This document shows positions 42,737-46,805 of a DNA stretch of 46,805 nucleotides, in pieces. A program made the position numbers and the translations under genes. Below the pieces are notes generated by a model. The model did not search any database. It was not told where the DNA came from and worked only from the letters and a program-made list of their open reading frames with translations. How positions within the stretch are numbered: the first letter of the stretch is position 1; each line of letters starts with the position of its first letter. This stretch comes from an uncultured Porphyromonadaceae bacterium (GTDB taxonomy: Bacteria; Bacteroidota; Bacteroidia; Bacteroidales; UBA12481): NCBI GenBank assembly GCA_964444375.1, contig CAYUGX010000001.1:5686-52490 (forward strand), in the 5' to 3' direction.

Positions 42737-44251
42737 ATGGCATTCATCAACTCCATAATATCCTGGGTAATCACGAAACGTTTATACCAGATTGATTTCT
42801 TTAAGAAGTACCCTATTGAAGTTCAGCATGAAAGCCTTGACAAGATGCTTCTGCGTGCTCGAGACACAGCATTTGGGAAGGATCATGGATTCAAAGACAT
42901 CCATAACTACTCGAGTTTTACTGCCCAGGTTCCTGTGCGCAATTACATGGGACTTAAACCCTATATCCAACAGGTATTAGATGGACGGGCTGATATTTTG
43001 TATCCAGGGGAGGTGAAATGGTTTGCCAAATCATCAGGGACAACCAGCGACAAAAGCAAATTCATTCCGGTGACTAAAGAATTCATGGAGGATTGTCATT
43101 TCAGGGGAGGTAAAGATGTGGTGGCACTCCACTACCGAAATTATCCCGAATCAGTCTTGTTCAAGGGCAAGGGTTTGGTCATCGGGGGAAGTCACCAAAT
43201 TTCTAGTTTTAACTCAGACTCCTATTTTGGTGACCTGTCGGCTGTATTGCTACAGAACATGCCGACCTGGGGACATATTTTCAGAACACCCGACCTATCC
43301 ATTGCCCTGATGGATGAATGGGAAGAGAAAATTGAGAAAATGGCTCAGGTCACCAGCCGTCAGAATGTTACCAATATATCGGGTGTTCCATCCTGGACCC
43401 TGGTTTTGTTGAACCGCATCATGGAGATGACGGGTACAGCTGACATCCGGGAGGTGTGGCCAAAATTGGAAATATTCATGCATGGAGGCGTTAGTTTCGA
43501 ACCCTATCGAGCACAATTCAAGAAGATTATTTCTGACCCCATGGTGTATATGGAAACCTATAATGCTTCTGAGGGCTTTTTCGGTATTCAGGATGATCAA
43601 AGCTCAAAAGACCTCTTGTTGATGCTGGATTATGGAGTCTTTTATGAATTCATTCCCATCAATCAGATTGATGACGAATATCCTCAGACTGTACCACTTG
43701 AGGAGGTTGAAAAGGATAAAAACTATGCCATGGTAATCTCAACACCTGGTGGTCTGTGGCGTTACCTGATCGGAGACACAGTTTCCTTTACCTCAACCTG
43801 GCCCTTCAAGATAAAAATAACCGGTCGAACTAGGCATTTCATGAACGCATTTGGTGAAGAGATCATTATCAACAATGCCGAAACTGCCCTTAAAAAAGCC
43901 TGTACCCAAACAGGGGCCGAGATCACCGAATATACAGCAGCACCTGTATTCATGGACGGTCGCAAAGCCGGACGCCATCAATGGATAATTGAGTTTTCAA
44001 AGCCCCCAGAAAACCTGGATTTCTTTGGAGAGTTGCTTGATAATGCCCTGAAAGCCACCAATTCTGACTATGAAGCCAAGCGTTATAAAAGTATAGCATT
44101 ACATGCCCCTGAGATTATTGAAGCACCCTCTGGTAGTTTTTACCACTGGATGAAGAAAAAAGGAAAATTGGGGGGTCAGCATAAAGTGCCCCGCCTATCA
44201 AATAACCGGACATTCGTCGAAGAGATTCTCGAACTGATTGACAAAAAATGA
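42737..44251 (+). CDS. bacterial GH3-family (auxin-responsive GH3-like, adenylate-forming) protein
   Basis: The N-terminus MAFINSIISWVITKRLYQIDFFKKYPIEVQ, and SSGTTSDKSKFIPVT, are typical of the Bacteroidota GH3 family. Confidence 0.85.
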   Translation: MAFINSIISWVITKRLYQIDFFKKYPIEVQHESLDKMLLRARDTAFGKDHGFKDIHNYSSFTAQVPVRNYMGLKPYIQQVLDGRADILYPGEVKWFAKSSGTTSDKSKFIPVTKEFMEDCHFRGGKDVVALHYRNYPESVLFKGKGLVIGGSHQISSFNSDSYFGDLSAVLLQNMPTWGHIFRTPDLSIALMDEWEEKIEKMAQVTSRQNVTNISGVPSWTLVLLNRIMEMTGTADIREVWPKLEIFMHGGVSFEPYRAQFKKIISDPMVYMETYNASEGFFGIQDDQSSKDLLLMLDYGVFYEFIPINQIDDEYPQTVPLEEVEKDKNYAMVISTPGGLWRYLIGDTVSFTSTWPFKIKITGRTRHFMNAFGEEIIINNAETALKKACTQTGAEITEYTAAPVFMDGRKAGRHQWIIEFSKPPENLDFFGELLDNALKATNSDYEAKRYKSIALHAPEIIEAPSGSFYHWMKKKGKLGGQHKVPRLSNNRTFVEEILELIDKK

Positions 44252-44862
44252 GAAGCCTGTTTTACATAACGCTATTGCTTTTGTTTTGTTCAGACCTCAT
44301 GTCTCAGGAAATCAAACGTGATGTATTGGGAAATCAGTACGTTCTTTCCCATCTGGAGCTTCAAAAACTGGCAGAGGATGGATCGGTGAAATACCGCTAT
44401 ACCAATCTTCTTTATGGAGATATCCATTGGGTTGATTACAGTGATCCCTTTCGTTTGCTGATATACCATGCTGATCTCAACCAGCTTGTGTTTTTGACTA
44501 ATCGGCTATCACCGATTGGAGAAGGCATTGATTTAGACCTGCTGACATACAACCAGCCCGCTGGATTGTGCCTGTCAAAAAATGGCGGATTCTGGCTTTT
44601 GGATAAAACAAAACAGCAACTGGTATTGGTTAACAAGCAAAACCAACAGGAATTAGCCGTTCCCGTTCGCCTATTTAATTGGGCAGATGGTAAGACCTGG
44701 TTTCACTTGCTCGAATGGAAAAATAATCTGTACATTTTGCAACCGGGTGAGCGTTTTTATGTCTTTGATCTGTATGGTCAGCAAATAAAAAAAAGCGACA
44801 CAGACGCCATCGCTTTGCAGCTTGCAGAATCAGGGATAAATCTCATTTCGGAGAAGAAATAA
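44248..44862 (+). CDS. secreted hypothetical protein, translationally coupled to the GH3-family gene
   Basis: It has a signal peptide (MRSLFYITLLLLFCSDLMSQ) and an ATGA start/stop overlap with the upstream gene. I recognise no family. Confidence 0.6.
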   Translation: MRSLFYITLLLLFCSDLMSQEIKRDVLGNQYVLSHLELQKLAEDGSVKYRYTNLLYGDIHWVDYSDPFRLLIYHADLNQLVFLTNRLSPIGEGIDLDLLTYNQPAGLCLSKNGGFWLLDKTKQQLVLVNKQNQQELAVPVRLFNWADGKTWFHLLEWKNNLYILQPGERFYVFDLYGQQIKKSDTDAIALQLAESGINLISEKK

Positions 44863-44917
44863 TTAATGAAATTATTCGTACTTTCGAATTGGTCTGAATC
44901 AATTAAACAATTAGGGT

Positions 44918-45532
44918 ATGCATATTGCTGTTGCTGGGAACATCGGTTCCGGAAAAACCACACTCACTCGAATTTTAGGTAAACAATTCAACTGGGATAC
45001 ACATTTTGAAGACGTGGATGACAATCCGTATCTTAATGATTTCTACGGAGATATGCAGCGTTGGTCTTTCAACCTTCAGATCTATTTCTTAAATTCCAGA
45101 TTTAACCAAATACTGGAGATTCATAAAAACCCTAAAACCGTTATTCAAGACCGGACCATATACGAGGATGCCTATATTTTCGCCCCTAACCTTCATTCGA
45201 TGGGCCTGATGAGTACACGTGATTTTGAAAACTACTATACCCTGTTCAACCTCATGGTTTCGCTGGTAAAACCCCCAGACCTCATCATTTATTTACGGGC
45301 TTCGGTTCCAACACTGGTGAACCAGATTCAACGCCGGGGTAGAAAGTATGAAAACTCCATCAGGCTCGATTATTTGAAACGTCTGAATGAACGCTACGAG
45401 AGCTGGATCGAAACCTATAAAGATGGTAAATTGCTCATCATTGATGCCGATTCAATGGACTTCCTCGGCAATCCAGAAGATGTTAGTTTGATTATTGATA
45501 AAATCAATGCTGAACTCCACGGACTTTTTTAA
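44918..45532 (+). CDS. deoxynucleoside kinase
   Basis: It has the P-loop AGNIGSGKTTL, plus DRTIYED and the RRGRKYE LID region typical of the dNK/dGK family. Confidence 0.9.
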   Translation: MHIAVAGNIGSGKTTLTRILGKQFNWDTHFEDVDDNPYLNDFYGDMQRWSFNLQIYFLNSRFNQILEIHKNPKTVIQDRTIYEDAYIFAPNLHSMGLMSTRDFENYYTLFNLMVSLVKPPDLIIYLRASVPTLVNQIQRRGRKYENSIRLDYLKRLNERYESWIETYKDGKLLIIDADSMDFLGNPEDVSLIIDKINAELHGLF

Positions 45533-46805
45533 TCGGCAGTGTGAGCCAGTCCTGTTCAAGAGCCCCTTTCATCATATTCTCAACCAGTAGATTCCATCCA
45601 ACAAATCCCGTGAAAACACCGTCTAGTGACTGTTCGGCAGTTGGGGCCAGTGGTTCTCCTGTTTCAGCATGATAGTTTTCATGCATGGATCCATAGGCAT
45701 AAATATCTTTTATCAACAATGCACCCATGTGGGCTGCCAGTTGACCAGCCTCCTCTACAAATCCATAATTGACCAAGGCGATCGAATAGATGAAGTTGGC
45801 AATTGGCCAAATTGGCCCTTGCCAATTAGAGAAGGGTACAATAATATTTTTGTTGTTGTACTCTTCATCTTGTTTGGATAGGGTGCGTAATCCATAGGGT
45901 GCCAAAAGGTGATCTTCATTCCACAGGTAGCGAGTAATCATCGTTTTACCCTGGTCGGCTGTGATAAACGACTCAAGCAGGGGAACAAAGTTTGAAAAGC
46001 TGATCCGGCGCACAACCTGCTGACTTTCGCGTTCAATATTGTAAAAACTCTGGTCTTCTTCATCCCACAAATGGGCGATGATCTGATTTCTGAGGCTATT
46101 GGCCTTGGCCGTATAGAGTAAAACGTCATTTTCAGCTCCCAGTTCCTGGGCAATCACAGCCATAGCCAGATACTCTCGATATTGCCAGGTATTCATGTCA
46201 CAGGCCAGAAACTGCCGCTCGTCATCCTGATAATAATTTAAAACAGGATTATTGTCTGCTCCGGATTGCATGGCAATTTCCCAGAAAAATAAACCAGTCT
46301 CTTTGTCTTTCTGATAATTTTCTCTGTATTCCTGGGCCCGTTGCAATTCTTCGTACTGCGACCTGATCCATTCGTAATCATCCAGTTTCTCTGCAGCAAA
46401 ATAGCAACCCTGTGCCAAAAAAGGCTTCATAGCAAAACGGCCAAAAATAGGTCTGGGACCTTCGGTAGTAATACATCCAGCTATGTAACCCGTGCTATCA
46501 ATCGCGTGAAGAAAGTTCAGCGCCCAATATTTCAGGTATTTGCCATTTTCAGGATCCAGACTGGCCAGGTGATTACCAATAAAGAAACCATCCCAGTCCC
46601 ACATTTGCTTGTAGAAACCTGCTGGAATCATGTATGGGTTTTGTAGATATCCATCAGCCGGCATGATAACCTGAGGCCTCAGTTTCGCCAATTCCCGGCT
46701 CAATTCCTCATAAACAATCCCCAACGAAGCAGTCGTAGGAGGCAATGTCACCGGTGGCTTTGAGCTAGAATCCCGATTACACCCACCAGAAACACCCACG
46801 ACAAC
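45504..46805 (-). CDS. (alpha/alpha)6-barrel glycoside hydrolase, GH63/GH37-like (MGH1/trehalase-like), N-terminally truncated by the window edge
   Basis: The motifs are MWDWDGFF, SGADNNP, NWQGPIWPIANF and HENYHAETGEP. The reading frame is open to the window end. The lipoprotein-like ...VSGGCNRDSS suggests the real start lies just beyond 46805. Its 3' end overlaps the kinase gene by 29 nt. Confidence 0.7.
   Translation of the reverse strand, partial: VVVGVSGGCNRDSSSKPPVTLPPTTASLGIVYEELSRELAKLRPQVIMPADGYLQNPYMIPAGFYKQMWDWDGFFIGNHLASLDPENGKYLKYWALNFLHAIDSTGYIAGCITTEGPRPIFGRFAMKPFLAQGCYFAAEKLDDYEWIRSQYEELQRAQEYRENYQKDKETGLFFWEIAMQSGADNNPVLNYYQDDERQFLACDMNTWQYREYLAMAVIAQELGAENDVLLYTAKANSLRNQIIAHLWDEEDQSFYNIERESQQVVRRISFSNFVPLLESFITADQGKTMITRYLWNEDHLLAPYGLRTLSKQDEEYNNKNIIVPFSNWQGPIWPIANFIYSIALVNYGFVEEAGQLAAHMGALLIKDIYAYGSMHENYHAETGEPLAPTAEQSLDGVFTGFVGWNLLVENMMKGALEQDWLTLPIKKVRGVQH

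Noticed and set aside
1-46805. A search for mobile elements, CRISPR arrays, tRNA/rRNA genes and known defence-system hallmarks.
   Set aside because: I found no transposase, integrase, recombinase, Cas, restriction-modification, toxin-antitoxin or reverse-transcriptase-like ORFs. All intergenic gaps are 231 nt or shorter and are accounted for by promoters, terminators or the repeats listed. None is long enough, or has the cloverleaf-like symmetry, for a tRNA. This was visual inspection only, so small ncRNAs cannot be excluded.

Overview
This is a gene-dense chromosomal segment, and every indicator I can read points to a Bacteroidota genome. Four secreted proteins end in type-IX-secretion (T9SS) C-terminal sorting domains. 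Many start codons sit 17-47 nt downstream of the Bacteroides-type -7 box TAnnTTTG, three of them with a TTG/TTTG -33 element 19-20 nt further upstream. There is also a typical housekeeping block (tsaB, efp, tyrS, cvpA, bacterial GH3, deoxynucleoside kinase). I call 37 CDS, two of them truncated by the window edges.

Gene content, in order:
- 1-2595: MttB-family methyltransferase fragment, APC permease and dimethylarginine dimethylaminohydrolase (DDAH).
- 2680-4029: a small membrane-protein/XRE pair and a secreted orphan.
- 4123-6144: a lipoprotein sulfatase bracketed by a 59-bp direct repeat.
- 6251-10711: three secreted proteins.
- 10819-15585: a six-gene overlap-coupled operon of START-like, DUF2062, SDR, extended-SDR, LytS-type kinase and LytTR regulator genes.
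- 15675-21548: an archaeal-type ADP-dependent sugar kinase flanked by two M14 carboxypeptidases.
- 21551-29221: a C10 protease-LRR-T9SS fusion and two tandem T9SS paralogs.
- 29385-33202: an NrtR-like regulator, araD and a GH127 gene.
- 33307-37059: an S9 peptidase and TolC.
- 37061 to the end: housekeeping and LPS genes, then a truncated glycoside hydrolase.

I saw no rRNA, tRNA, CRISPR array, transposase, integrase or phage gene.

My best candidate for undescribed biology is the LytS/LytTR-terminated operon. It is preceded by a direct repeat with the geometry of a LytTR binding site (9-mers ACAATTCAC and ACAGTTCAC, 12-bp spacer) in front of a -7 box that has no -33 element. That suggests a self-regulated module acting on a lipid or other hydrophobic small molecule. 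Secondary candidates are the ADP-dependent kinase between the M14 peptidases, the repeat-bracketed sulfatase cassette, and the divergent tandem T9SS paralogs.

All family assignments come from motif recognition by eye. No searches were run.
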